Shown here: in pieces, positions 20,690 to 30,488 of the stretch | Layout of the letters: each line of letters begins with the position of its first letter | Numbering within the stretch: position 1 is the stretch's first letter | From: Kiritimatiellia bacterium | GTDB taxonomy: Bacteria > Verrucomicrobiota > Kiritimatiellia > RFP12 > UBA1067 | Direction of reading: 5' to 3' | Assembly (NCBI GenBank): GCA_050949565.1 | Contig: JBMNFY010000017.1 | Span: 864,001-928,000 of the forward strand | DNA length: 64,000 nucleotides | Notes under the pieces: model-generated | Told to the model about the DNA's origin: nothing | The model's input: only the letters and a program-made list of their open reading frames with translations | Databases searched by the model: none | Program-made: the position numbers and the translations under genes

Positions 20690-21643
20690 TTAAACGGCGG
20701 GAAAGGCACCATATTGCCTCACCGGACTTCTCACCCGATCCATCCACGCGGGCTGCGCCCGCGCCACCAAAGCACCGCATCCTTCCAACGCCGCGCACGC
20801 GGCGCAAATCTCTCTCCATCCCAGTCCGAGGTAGGCGGTCGAAAGCGCATCCGACACCGCCGCCGTCGGGGCGTACGACCATGCGGCAGGATGCCGCGAT
20901 GCCGCGACACCGCGACGCACGTCCACAACGTGCGCGCCTTTCACATCGAAGCCCGACCCGCTGATCGCACCACTGCTGAGCCGCACATGGTGCAGACCAG
21001 CGCGCTCGCGCCAATCGCCGCCCACGCTCACCGGCCAGCCCGGCTGACCATCGCCCATCGTCCCGCGCGCGATCACGGTACTGGTGCCGCTGTGCATCAG
21101 GAAGTCGGTAAAGTCCCAATCCTCCGTCAACATGCGGCATGCCACGTCCAGCGCGTAACCCTTACCGATGGCACCGAAATCCAGTTCCAGCGGCGAGGCG
21201 CGGCCCATGCGGTCAGGCTGCACCGCGATCAACAGGTTTTCGGTATCAATGACCAATCGGTTCATGCCGCACGCGGCCAAAGCGCTTTCGCGCTCTTGCG
21301 GCGTCAACGCACGCCAGCGGTGCTTGACCTCGCGCAGAGCGTCCATCACTGGACCGACCGTCACGTCAAACGCGCCTTGTGTGGCCGCGCAAACGCGCGT
21401 AGCGGTCAGCAGCAGATCCATTAACTCTGGCGCCACGCGAAAGGTCTCGCCCGGTTTCAGGCGGCTGATCAGCGCCACCTCGCTCACGTCGAGGAAGCGA
21501 CTGATCAGCTCCTCCAGACCGTCCACCTTTTTGAACACTGCATAAGCCGCGCTTTGGGCGAGCTGCCGATCTTCTGTCGCGATCAACAGCTCGAACACCG
21601 TCGACATGGCCTGATGTTCAAACCTGTGGACCTGAGATGTCAT
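20690..21643 (-). CDS. apbE: FAD:protein FMN transferase (ApbE family), no signal peptide
   Basis: AMST, GAFDVTVGP, LDFGAIGKGYALD, HVVD, SDALSTA motifs. Confidence 0.88.
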   Translation of the reverse strand: MTSQVHRFEHQAMSTVFELLIATEDRQLAQSAAYAVFKKVDGLEELISRFLDVSEVALISRLKPGETFRVAPELMDLLLTATRVCAATQGAFDVTVGPVMDALREVKHRWRALTPQERESALAACGMNRLVIDTENLLIAVQPDRMGRASPLELDFGAIGKGYALDVACRMLTEDWDFTDFLMHSGTSTVIARGTMGDGQPGWPVSVGGDWRERAGLHHVRLSSGAISGSGFDVKGAHVVDVRRGVAASRHPAAWSYAPTAAVSDALSTAYLGLGWREICAACAALEGCGALVARAQPAWMDRVRSPVRQYGAFPAV

Positions 21644-21658
21644 AGAACAAGTGCTGCG

Positions 21659-24388
21659 CTACTCCTTGCGCCCGCCGGTGAGCAGCATCCAGACCGCAGT
21701 GGCCAAGAACGCCATCGTCACGAAGCGGTGGCACCAGAGCATCAGCCACTGCCAGCCCTCGCCGAACCAGGTCATCATCGGCGCCACCGCAGTGAAGACC
21801 ACGCCGACACCCAGCAGCATGGCGATCATCCAGAGCGTGTTACGCTTGGGATTCGCAATGCGACGCCCGCCGCGCAGCCAGATCAGCACCAACAAGCAGG
21901 CCGCGAAGAGTCCACCGCCCACCATGTGGAAGACCAAGATGTAGCCGGTCATCAGATGGAAGCCCCAGCCCAGCAATCCGGAGAGACACAGGTAAACGCT
22001 GGCGAGTGCCAGAGTAATCGCCGTGCCGCGGTCGATCATCACCATCAGCCGTTCGGACGGCTTGCCGTACGGGATGCCGCCCTTGTCGAGCACCGCCGGC
22101 ACCGCCGCTGCCGCAAAGGCCACCGTGACCAACATCAAGATCACAAAGACCGTCCAGAGGAAGGCCTTGAAGAACGGACGCATCAGGAAGGTGGTGCCGA
22201 AGACCTTGTTGTAGCTGCCGCTGAGGCCCATGAAATCGTGCTGCATCTTGACCAGCTGACGTGCGGTCAGCAGAGGACCCGTCGACGTGACCTTGGCGAA
22301 GAAAAACGTGGAGCCCACCGTATGGCAGTCGTTGCATTTAGATGGCCGCGCACCGCGAGCCATACGTGCGGGGCGCACGTCATGCCCCACCGCCCAAGAG
22401 ACCGGTTCTGCGACTTTCGCGACCTTGGCGCTCAGGCTGCCATCGGACTTCAACTCCCAGACTTGGCCGTGCGCGACGTAAACCGCGCGGGCGTGCCCAG
22501 CCTCGGCGAGCCGCTTAAGCACGGCGGCAACCATCGTCTCGGTGATTGAGCACGTGCTGTCGCCCAACTCTTTGACATTCTTGGTGGCGTAGTCAGAAAC
22601 CAGCGCGGTAAAGGCACCGTCTTTGTACCAGCCGACGACTGCGGCATCGACCTTGGCCGGCGCGTTGGTGCTGATCATAGCATCGTCATCGCCCCCGCGG
22701 AAGAACAGCTTATCGCCATAGACCACCGCGCCGAAACCATTGGTCACAGCCATCGGCGCGGCGTCGAGCGTCTGTAAGAGATTCCCCAGCAGTTTCGCAC
22801 TGTTCTGGTGTGCACTGAACTGCTCATCACTCATCTTCTCGGTATCGGCGTTTGGATCAAAGGGCGGGATGACAGCGATCAAGTTCGTAGCGGTCTGATA
22901 GTAAAACCCGTCCGCCTGCGTCGTGTCGCCGGTCGGCTCGGCATAGCCGTCCAGATGTCTCTTAAAGAGCTTGCCGTCAATCGCCAGCACCGGGATTCCC
23001 GGAATACTGGGGTCGGTCGCTAGTGCTCCCAGAACCAACCCGACCTGCTCGCGCACATCCAGCAGGTCCGTGCAAGTCTCCGTCACGGTTTCGGGACGGA
23101 GTGGCGAGATCGATGCAGCGTCGTTTTCAGCGCGGACACCCCAGAAAGCCGGCCAGACCATACGGCGCGGCTCAATCTTGCCCGCCTCGTTGCGCACGAA
23201 GACCGGCTCCAGAATGAACGGCTGCGGCGTAGCCCAGCGGGCGCGCCCGTAGACGCCCATGCGGTTGGCGCGCGAGGTGCGCACTTCCGCCAGCGCCCCA
23301 TCTTCGGTCACGCCGGAGTGACAAGTCGTGCAACTCAGGTTCCTGAAGTGACTGACCGGAATGCCGACATGCTGCGGCGCGGGAGCGCCATGGCGGCCGG
23401 CGCGCGCAACATCCGAACCCACGTGGCAGCCCACGCAGCTCGCGCTGGCGCGGGTCTTATCCATCTTGCCGGTGGTGTCGCCTTCGTAGCCGCGTGCAAT
23501 GGCGTGGTTTTCGCCATTGCTGTGACAGTCGGCGCAACTCATACCAGCGCGCAGATGCACGTCGCCGTCGATGTCTTTGTGCGGCATGCCGACCTGCGAT
23601 GTCGAGTGGCAACTCAAGCAGTTTTCATTACGCGGCGTACCGACCTGCAACACGGTGCGGTTCTTGGCATCGAAATGCCGCATGTCATAGACCACGTGCG
23701 GCGGCACGGCAAAGACCGAGTCGTCCCGGTTCAGGCCGCGCAACACCCCCCAATAGTCAGCCACACGCGAGCCCATGCCGCGGATATCGCCCAGTCCGAG
23801 AGCACCGGTGGCGGCCCAGCGGAAGTTCTGGCGCAGGATCAGGCGCACCCACTCGCTGTGATCGTATTCCGCGCTCTGGCTGTGGCAGGCGAAGCAGTTG
23901 ATCTCGACCGGTCCCGACACGTCCCAGCGGGCGCGCGGCCCACCTTCAGCGTAAAGATCCTTGGGATCGGCACGATCACCACCCGGCATGTGACGCCCGA
24001 AGGCATAGACCCACTCCCAGTCGGTCATACCGAGTTGACCGGGCGTATGCGTGCCCTGCCAATCGCGCAGGCTCATCGGAATCTGCGACCCGCTGAGCGA
24101 ATCGACCAGAAACCACGGCTCACCGCGACGGCCATGCGCCGCGTTCGTGCAGGACATGTTGAAATGCCAGCCAGACGCGATGGTGTCGTAATCATGGCAC
24201 TGACCGCAGGTTTGACGCGTACTCAGCGGCAGGGCGTTAGGTGCGTTGGGCACGATTACATCGCCGAACTCGTCATTCAGGGTGAGACGGTGTACCGGCG
24301 TGTTACGCCCGCCGTCCCAATGCGACTCGACCTTCGCGAACGCCGGAACGACCGCGCAGGCCAGTGCTATAGAGAGAAGCTTTTTCAT
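21659..24388 (-). CDS. Membrane-anchored heptaheme c-type cytochrome with C-terminal cytochrome-b-like TM domain
   Basis: Sec signal; 7 CxxCH (CGQCH, CFACH, CLSCH, CADCH, CVGCH, CTTCH, CNDCH); about 5 C-terminal TM helices with intramembrane His (FHMVGG, WCHRF). Confidence 0.88.
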   Translation of the reverse strand: MKKLLSIALACAVVPAFAKVESHWDGGRNTPVHRLTLNDEFGDVIVPNAPNALPLSTRQTCGQCHDYDTIASGWHFNMSCTNAAHGRRGEPWFLVDSLSGSQIPMSLRDWQGTHTPGQLGMTDWEWVYAFGRHMPGGDRADPKDLYAEGGPRARWDVSGPVEINCFACHSQSAEYDHSEWVRLILRQNFRWAATGALGLGDIRGMGSRVADYWGVLRGLNRDDSVFAVPPHVVYDMRHFDAKNRTVLQVGTPRNENCLSCHSTSQVGMPHKDIDGDVHLRAGMSCADCHSNGENHAIARGYEGDTTGKMDKTRASASCVGCHVGSDVARAGRHGAPAPQHVGIPVSHFRNLSCTTCHSGVTEDGALAEVRTSRANRMGVYGRARWATPQPFILEPVFVRNEAGKIEPRRMVWPAFWGVRAENDAASISPLRPETVTETCTDLLDVREQVGLVLGALATDPSIPGIPVLAIDGKLFKRHLDGYAEPTGDTTQADGFYYQTATNLIAVIPPFDPNADTEKMSDEQFSAHQNSAKLLGNLLQTLDAAPMAVTNGFGAVVYGDKLFFRGGDDDAMISTNAPAKVDAAVVGWYKDGAFTALVSDYATKNVKELGDSTCSITETMVAAVLKRLAEAGHARAVYVAHGQVWELKSDGSLSAKVAKVAEPVSWAVGHDVRPARMARGARPSKCNDCHTVGSTFFFAKVTSTGPLLTARQLVKMQHDFMGLSGSYNKVFGTTFLMRPFFKAFLWTVFVILMLVTVAFAAAAVPAVLDKGGIPYGKPSERLMVMIDRGTAITLALASVYLCLSGLLGWGFHLMTGYILVFHMVGGGLFAACLLVLIWLRGGRRIANPKRNTLWMIAMLLGVGVVFTAVAPMMTWFGEGWQWLMLWCHRFVTMAFLATAVWMLLTGGRKE

Positions 24389-24451
24389 TCGATGACTTCC
24401 TATCCGTCCGACCTGTCAAACCGGTGGAGACCTGTCGGACCTGTCCGCTGC

Positions 24452-25804
24452 TTAAACTTTGAAATCTTCCGGCTTGAAGGTAATGGTCTTACCTTCAGCA
24501 ACCGAACGGTTGGCCGCCAACACCGCCACCGCCGACTCGTAGGCCAACTCGACCGGGCAGGTCAGCAGCTCAGGCTTGTTGCGGCGCACGGCAAGGAAGA
24601 AGTTTTCCAAGTGCGGCATGTGCGCCGGCTTGAGCAGGTCGACCGGCAACGGCCAGCCATCGGCCTCGGCGGTCACGCGCACGTCGAGCGCCGCGTTGGA
24701 GGTAACGGTCGCGGCGACCGGCTTCCTGACCGGCAGCACCAGCCCCTTCTTGGCGAACTGCTCCCAGTCCGGCACGCCATCGCGCACTTCACGCTGCACC
24801 GCGTTACCGCGGGCCGCGATCTCAGAGATGGTGAGCGAGCCATTCTCGCCCATGAACTGCTCGTAAAAGCCGCCGCGGCTGGAGGTCGTCAGCACCTGAT
24901 AGTAGGCGCGGTTGATCACGCCCTCCTTGGTCTTAAACTCGTAGATCGCCATCACGTTGTCGTTCATCTGGCGGTTGTAGTAGTCATTGCCGCCGATTGC
25001 GGTGACTGTGATCGGCACGCAGTCCCAGACCCAGAAGAAGAGGTCGATCTGGTGCGAGCCGAGGTCGACCATCGGACCGCCGCCGTATTTATCGAACCAG
25101 CGCCAGTTAAGGAACTGCTCCATGTTCTCGTAGCCGTACTTCTGGAGCGTTTCCGTCGGGATGTTAAGGCGGTCGCGCACCGTCAGGAAAGGCGCGACCG
25201 AACGGTTCCACTGGCCGTAGGCGTGGGTCACACGGCCCAGCATATTGGCCTCACGGATCACACGGTTGATGGCATGGATGTAGCGCGGGTTGGAGCGGCG
25301 CTGGTGACCGATCTGGAAGATCTTGCCGGTGCGGCGCTGGCCCAAGACCATCTCCTTGGCCTTCTCCAGACGGTTGGACATCTCCTTCTCGCAATAGACG
25401 TGCTTGCCCTTTTCCATGCAGTAGACGCTGTGTTCCGCGTGCATCCAGTCCGGGGTCGCAACGATCACGCAATCAATGTTTTTGTCCTCTTTATCGAGCA
25501 TCTCGCGATAATCTTCGTAGACGTTGACCTCGTGACCCAGCGCACGCATACGGCCACGCGCCATTTTGCGGCGGTAGTCCCAAATATCACAGACCGCCTT
25601 GAAGCGCACGCCGGGGATCTTCATCGCGGCGTCCGCCAAAATCTCACCCTCAGCGCCGTAGCCGATCACGGCCGCATTGACCTGATCATCATCGGGGCCA
25701 ATGGTTTTCGCCTCTTGGCTCAGGATGTTGAAGGTCGGCAACACGGCGGCGGCAGCGGCCGTCGACTTGAGAAATGTCCTCCGGTTGAATGTCATCGTAT
25801 CCAT
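24452..25804 (-). CDS. Tat-exported Gfo/Idh/MocA oxidoreductase
   Basis: FNRRTFLK Tat motif; VIGYGAEG; ATPDWMH; YCEKEM; QIGHQRRS; DLGSHQID. Confidence 0.92.
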   Translation of the reverse strand: MDTMTFNRRTFLKSTAAAAAVLPTFNILSQEAKTIGPDDDQVNAAVIGYGAEGEILADAAMKIPGVRFKAVCDIWDYRRKMARGRMRALGHEVNVYEDYREMLDKEDKNIDCVIVATPDWMHAEHSVYCMEKGKHVYCEKEMSNRLEKAKEMVLGQRRTGKIFQIGHQRRSNPRYIHAINRVIREANMLGRVTHAYGQWNRSVAPFLTVRDRLNIPTETLQKYGYENMEQFLNWRWFDKYGGGPMVDLGSHQIDLFFWVWDCVPITVTAIGGNDYYNRQMNDNVMAIYEFKTKEGVINRAYYQVLTTSSRGGFYEQFMGENGSLTISEIAARGNAVQREVRDGVPDWEQFAKKGLVLPVRKPVAATVTSNAALDVRVTAEADGWPLPVDLLKPAHMPHLENFFLAVRRNKPELLTCPVELAYESAVAVLAANRSVAEGKTITFKPEDFKV

Positions 25805-25956
25805 CGTCTTCTCCTTGTGATCGTTGAACGACTACGCCCGGGCATCCATGCCCCCCTAAAGCATTTATCTGCCGTCCTTCTCCGATTCGTGACCTAATTT
25901 AAGCAAAAAAAGGGCGGTTCGTCATGTCCACCATTCGGTTCTTTTTGCTGCCGCGC

Positions 25957-25986
25957 TTGACCTCGCACAGCCATTCCCTATAAAAT
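25957..25986 (+). promoter_or_regulatory. sigma70-type promoter TTGACC-N18-TAAAAT
   Basis: Directly upstream of GAGGAGG RBS and the aldo/keto reductase. Confidence 0.55.
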
Positions 25987-26015
25987 GCCGCCACGAACGA
26001 GGAGGATTTGCTGTT

Positions 26016-26906
26016 ATGAGAAACAACCGTTACACACGTCGCCGTTTTCTGGCCAGTTCCGCATCCATGTTGGCCGCATCGGCCCTGACCCCGGCTTGCG
26101 CCACACTAGGGAAGCGGCGCAGTGCCACTGACCGCGTTACGTTGGGCAAGACCGGCATCAAGATGAGCCGACTCGGCATCGGGCTCGGCAGCAATGGCGG
26201 CAACGTGCAGCGCAATCTCGGCCAGGAGGGGTTCAACCGCCTCGTGCGCGACGCCTACGAACGCGGCGTCCGCTATCTGGACTGCGCACAGTCATACCGG
26301 ACTTTCGAGTGGCTCGCCGGCGCGATCAAAGACCTGCCGCGCGACCAGCTCTTCATCATGTCTAAAATCGGTGGTAACCCTGAGAAACCGGATGAAGTGA
26401 TCGACCGCCACCTGAAGACTTTCCAGACCGACTATATCGACTGCGTGCTGCTGCACTGCGCCGTCACGCCGACCTGGCCGCAGGAACGCGCCCGGCTGAT
26501 GGAGGCGATCGACAAGGCACAGGCACAAGGTAAAATCCGCGCCAAGGGCATCTCCTGCCACTCGCTTCCGGCGTTGCGCGTCGCGGCGGCGTCGGACTGG
26601 GTGGAGGTCAATCTGGTGCGTGTCAACCCCCAGGCCGTGAATACGGACAGCGAAGTGATGAAGTGGAACGCGCCTGGCACGACGATCGAGCCGGTGGTGG
26701 AACAGATCAAAATCATGCACCAGAATGGCCACGGCGTCATCGGCATGAAACTGATCGGTGAAGGCGCCTTCACCGACCCCGAAGATCGCGAGAAGGCAAT
26801 ACGGTTTGCCATGTCGATGCCGGAGATTGATGCCGCCACAATCGGCTTCAAGAACGCAGCCGAAATCGACGAAGCCATCGAACGCATGAACCGCGCTCTG
26901 GCGTAA
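26016..26906 (+). CDS. Tat-signal aldo/keto reductase
   Basis: TRRRFL; LGKTGIKMSRLGIG; DCAQSY; TDYIDCVLLH; GISCH; IGMKLIG. Confidence 0.9.
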   Translation: MRNNRYTRRRFLASSASMLAASALTPACATLGKRRSATDRVTLGKTGIKMSRLGIGLGSNGGNVQRNLGQEGFNRLVRDAYERGVRYLDCAQSYRTFEWLAGAIKDLPRDQLFIMSKIGGNPEKPDEVIDRHLKTFQTDYIDCVLLHCAVTPTWPQERARLMEAIDKAQAQGKIRAKGISCHSLPALRVAAASDWVEVNLVRVNPQAVNTDSEVMKWNAPGTTIEPVVEQIKIMHQNGHGVIGMKLIGEGAFTDPEDREKAIRFAMSMPEIDAATIGFKNAAEIDEAIERMNRALA

Positions 26907-26954
26907 GCCGGGAGAAGTTAATTAGTGCATTAGTTTGTTTGGCATGGCTCCGCT

Positions 26955-27285
26955 GTTTATTTAACGCAGAGGCGCAGAGGCGCAGAGTTTTTTTGAGAGT
27001 AAAAGCACTGCTCGGCTGTTTCACGCAAAGGCGCGAAGACGCGAAGGTTGGAGGACGAGCGTCTGCTCGTCCGCGGGCAAGCAGACGCTTGCCCCTCCCA
27101 GCGCTTCGCAAGCCTGATGACAAGGGTTGGAGGACGGCATCTGGGTGACGCGCAAAAATGGAAACCTTGGCCTTTGTGTGAGATTGAATTGGGTTGCGGA
27201 CTGCGCCCTCCGCGAGAAAACCTATTACCTCTCACTTATTACCTATTACTTCTCTCGGCTCCACTATTCGCTATTCGTTATTAGT
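26955..27285. repeat. Composite repeat mosaic including REP doublet GGACGAGCGTCTGCTCGTCC-GCG-GGCAAGCAGACGCTTGCC (27050-27098)
   Basis: Same doublet at 53784-53835 and 59598-59649; also AACGCAGAGGCGCAGAG and 7-mer tandem repeats. Confidence 0.8.
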
Positions 27286-30019
27286 TATTCGTTTCCAACC
27301 AAGTGTCGCCGACGCCGATGCTGACATCGAGCGGTACGCCGATGTCGAGCACGGTGGTCATAGCCTGCTTGACCAAATCGCGCACGGTATCGACCTCCGC
27401 TCTAGGTACATCGAAGAGCAGTTCGTCATGAATCTGCAACACCATGCGCGTGGCCAGGCGGCGTTCGCTCAACTCGCGGTGAACGCGCACCATCGCCAGC
27501 TTGATCAGATCCGCCGCCGTCCCCTGCACCGGTGTATTGATGGCGTTGCGTTCGGCTGACTGGCGCGAGGTGGCGTTGCGCGAGTTGATGTCGCGCAGGA
27601 AGCGGCGACGCCCCAGCAGAGTTTGCGTGTAACCCTTTTCGCGGGCGTCGGCAATGGCGCGCTCCATGTAGGTCTTGACGCCGGGATACTGTTCGAAGTA
27701 GGTGTCGATCAGATCCGCCGCCTGCTTGCGCGGTACGTTCAGGCGCTGGCTCAAGCCGAAGGCGGAGATGCCGTAGATGATGCCGAAGTTTACCATCTTG
27801 CAGGTCGAGCGCATCTCGGGCGTGACGAACCCCGGCAGAACGCCGTACACGCGCGTCGCGGTCTCGGTGTGGATGTCCGCTCCACGCTGGAAGGCTTCGA
27901 TCATCCCTTCATCGCGGCTGAGCGCCGCCATCACCCGTAACTCAATCTGCGAGTAGTCGGCCGAGAGCAGCACATGCCCCTCGTCACGCGCCACGAAGGC
28001 GTTGCGGATGCGCTGGCCGCGCTCGGTCCGGACCGGGATGTTCTGCAGGTTCGGATCGGATGATGAGAGCCGACCGGTTTCCGTCAGAGCCTGCGAAAAG
28101 GAGGTATGCACGCGGCCAGTGGCGGGATCAATGCAGGCCGGCAGCTTGTCCACGTAGGTGGATTTGAGTTTGCTGCACGCGCGGTATTCGAGAATCTGCG
28201 GGATGATCGGGTGCCGGTCTTGCAGTTTGACCAGCACGTCTTCGCTGGTGGCGTATTGGCCGGAGGGCGTGCGCGCCGCATTGGGGTCGAGCTTCAGGTG
28301 ATCGAAGAGTACCTCGCCCAACTGCTTGGGCGAAGCGGGATTGAAGTTGCCGCCGCCCAAGTCGCGGATGCTGATTTCGAACTGGAGCAGTTCGCGATCC
28401 AACTCGCGGCCGTAGTCTTGCAGTTCCTCGGCGTTGATGCGCACGCCCTCGTTCTCCATATCCACCAGCACGGGGATCAACGGCTCCTCGCACTCGGTCA
28501 GCGCGCGCATGCAGCCGGCTTCCTGCGCTTCGCGGCGCAACAGCCGATCAAGCTGCAACGTGACGTCCGCATCTTCGGCGGCGTAGTCGCAGATTTCCTC
28601 GGGCTGCAGTTCGCCCATGTTGCCCTGCTCGACGCCCTTCTTCTTCTCGCCGATCAGCGTCGTGATGGGGATGGTCGTGTAGTGCAGATATTGGCGCGCC
28701 AGATAGTCCATACCGTGGCGTTCGGAGGCGTCCAGCACGTAGTGGGCGAGCATGCTGTCATGCAGTTCGCCACGCGGCGCGATGCCGTACCGGCGCAAGA
28801 TCGTGAGATCGAACTTAGCGTTGTGGCCGATCTTGACGGTGGCGGGATCACTGAAGAGCGGCGCGAAGCGCGCCAGCAATTTACGGCACGCCTCGTCATC
28901 TTCGGGCACCGGCACATACCACGCCCGCCCCGGCGCGGTGGCGAAGGAGAGGCCGACCAGCCGGTCATGGCGCGGGTCGAGTCCGGTGGTTTCGGTGTCG
29001 AACGCCCAGGCCGACGCCTCACCCAGCGCGCGCAGCAACGCGTCGATCTGCGCCTCGGTCTGTGCGCAGATGTAGGTGTGCGGCACATCGGCCAGCGTCT
29101 TGAAGGCATCCTCAGCGGTTGGTGCGCCACCCTCGAAGGCATCGCCCAGCAGGCGCTTGCCGAATGCGAACAGCTCGTATTTCGTGAGCACGGCACGTAG
29201 TTGCTCCATATCCGGCTCGCGGCGGACCAGGTCGTCCAGTTCAACCGGCACTGGCACATCGGTGCGGATCTCAGCGAGCATACGGCTCTGGCGGGCGCTC
29301 TCTGCCCCATCCGCGACTCGTTCGGACAATTTGCCTTTGAGTTCTGCGGCGTTTGCGAGAATGGTCTCCATGTCACCATACTGCGCGAGCAGGGCGGTGG
29401 CGGTCTTATCGCCCACGCCCGGAATGCCCGGAATATTGTCCGAGGAGTCGCCGGCCAGACCGAGGTAATCGATCATCTGGGCAGGCGAGGAGAGATTCCA
29501 GTGGCGGCAGACCGCCTCGACATCGTAAATCTCAGCCGGCGCGGAGGCCTTGCCGGGACGGAAGAGATAGGTGGCGGGACCGACAAGCTGCGCCACGTCC
29601 TTGTCGGGCGTTGCCAAGTAAGTGGTCCAGCCGGGTTGCTCGGCGGCGCGGGCGGCCAGCGTACCCATGACGTCATCCGCCTCGAAGCCGTTCACGCGCA
29701 GGATCGGCAAGCGTAACGCCTCGGCCAGTTCGATTGCCATGGGGATCGACGCCGCGAGGTCTTCGGGCATCTTCTGGCGTTGCGCCTTGTAGAGCGGGTA
29801 GCGCTCATGACGGAAGGTCGGGGTCTCCGAATCCAGCACCAGAGCGACATGCGTAGGCTCCTGCTCGTTCAGGATCTGCAACAACGTGTTGGCAAAACCG
29901 GTCAGTGCCGAAGTGTTGATACCGGTACTGGTCATGCGCGGCGTCTTGAGGAACACAAAATGCCCGCGGTAGAGCAACGGCATGACGTCGATCAGAAAAA
30001 GTTTTTTGGGTTCGCTCAC
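27281..30019 (-). CDS. polA: DNA polymerase I
   Basis: 5'-3' exonuclease (EADD, GDSSDNIPG), 3'-5' exonuclease (FDTETTG), polymerase (DYSQIELR, KMVNFGIIYG, QIHDEL). Confidence 0.99.
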   Translation of the reverse strand: MSEPKKLFLIDVMPLLYRGHFVFLKTPRMTSTGINTSALTGFANTLLQILNEQEPTHVALVLDSETPTFRHERYPLYKAQRQKMPEDLAASIPMAIELAEALRLPILRVNGFEADDVMGTLAARAAEQPGWTTYLATPDKDVAQLVGPATYLFRPGKASAPAEIYDVEAVCRHWNLSSPAQMIDYLGLAGDSSDNIPGIPGVGDKTATALLAQYGDMETILANAAELKGKLSERVADGAESARQSRMLAEIRTDVPVPVELDDLVRREPDMEQLRAVLTKYELFAFGKRLLGDAFEGGAPTAEDAFKTLADVPHTYICAQTEAQIDALLRALGEASAWAFDTETTGLDPRHDRLVGLSFATAPGRAWYVPVPEDDEACRKLLARFAPLFSDPATVKIGHNAKFDLTILRRYGIAPRGELHDSMLAHYVLDASERHGMDYLARQYLHYTTIPITTLIGEKKKGVEQGNMGELQPEEICDYAAEDADVTLQLDRLLRREAQEAGCMRALTECEEPLIPVLVDMENEGVRINAEELQDYGRELDRELLQFEISIRDLGGGNFNPASPKQLGEVLFDHLKLDPNAARTPSGQYATSEDVLVKLQDRHPIIPQILEYRACSKLKSTYVDKLPACIDPATGRVHTSFSQALTETGRLSSSDPNLQNIPVRTERGQRIRNAFVARDEGHVLLSADYSQIELRVMAALSRDEGMIEAFQRGADIHTETATRVYGVLPGFVTPEMRSTCKMVNFGIIYGISAFGLSQRLNVPRKQAADLIDTYFEQYPGVKTYMERAIADAREKGYTQTLLGRRRFLRDINSRNATSRQSAERNAINTPVQGTAADLIKLAMVRVHRELSERRLATRMVLQIHDELLFDVPRAEVDTVRDLVKQAMTTVLDIGVPLDVSIGVGDTWLETNN

Positions 30020-30248
30020 GGCAGTGTCTCCGAACGCACGACGGCAGACGCGCCCCCGTGTGTTTGCGGTTCAGTATAGCGACGCAGGCCAACGGATGTC
30101 GAGGACATTGGGTTTCGGGTTTCGGCGCCGTTTTTCATTTGCCCATCCGTCACTCTTTCACTATCATACCGGCCATTCACTACCCGTTTTCGATTGCCGG
30201 AACCATGCGCGGATGTATGAGCCGGCCGAACACCAAAAGGAGTATACC

Positions 30249-30419
30249 ATGGCTTATCAGATTACGGACGCATGCGTGGCTTGCGGTCTGTGCAAAGACG
30301 CCTGCCCGGTTGAGGCGATCAGCGAGGGTTCGCCCACCTACACAATCGATCCCGATGCGTGCATCGATTGCGGTTCATGCGCTGGCGAGTGCCCGAATGA
30401 GGCGATCATTGCAGGCTAA
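30249..30419 (+). CDS. 2x[4Fe-4S] ferredoxin
   Basis: MAYQITDACVACGLCKDACP...CIDCGSCAGECP; AAGGAG RBS. Confidence 0.96.
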   Translation: MAYQITDACVACGLCKDACPVEAISEGSPTYTIDPDACIDCGSCAGECPNEAIIAG

Positions 30420-30445
30420 TCGGCCAACCGGCCGCTAACGCCAAT

Positions 30446-30476
30446 GCGGCAGGAGTGATCCTGCCGCCTTTTTTTT
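30446..30476 (+). terminator. Intrinsic terminator after ferredoxin
   Basis: GCGGCAGGA-GTGA-TCCTGCCGC followed by a T-run. Confidence 0.85.
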
Positions 30477-30488
30477 GTAATTCTCCTT

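Noticed and set aside
23318-25897. 859-aa plus-strand ORF
   Set aside because: Antisense to the cytochrome and Gfo genes, which have clear motifs.
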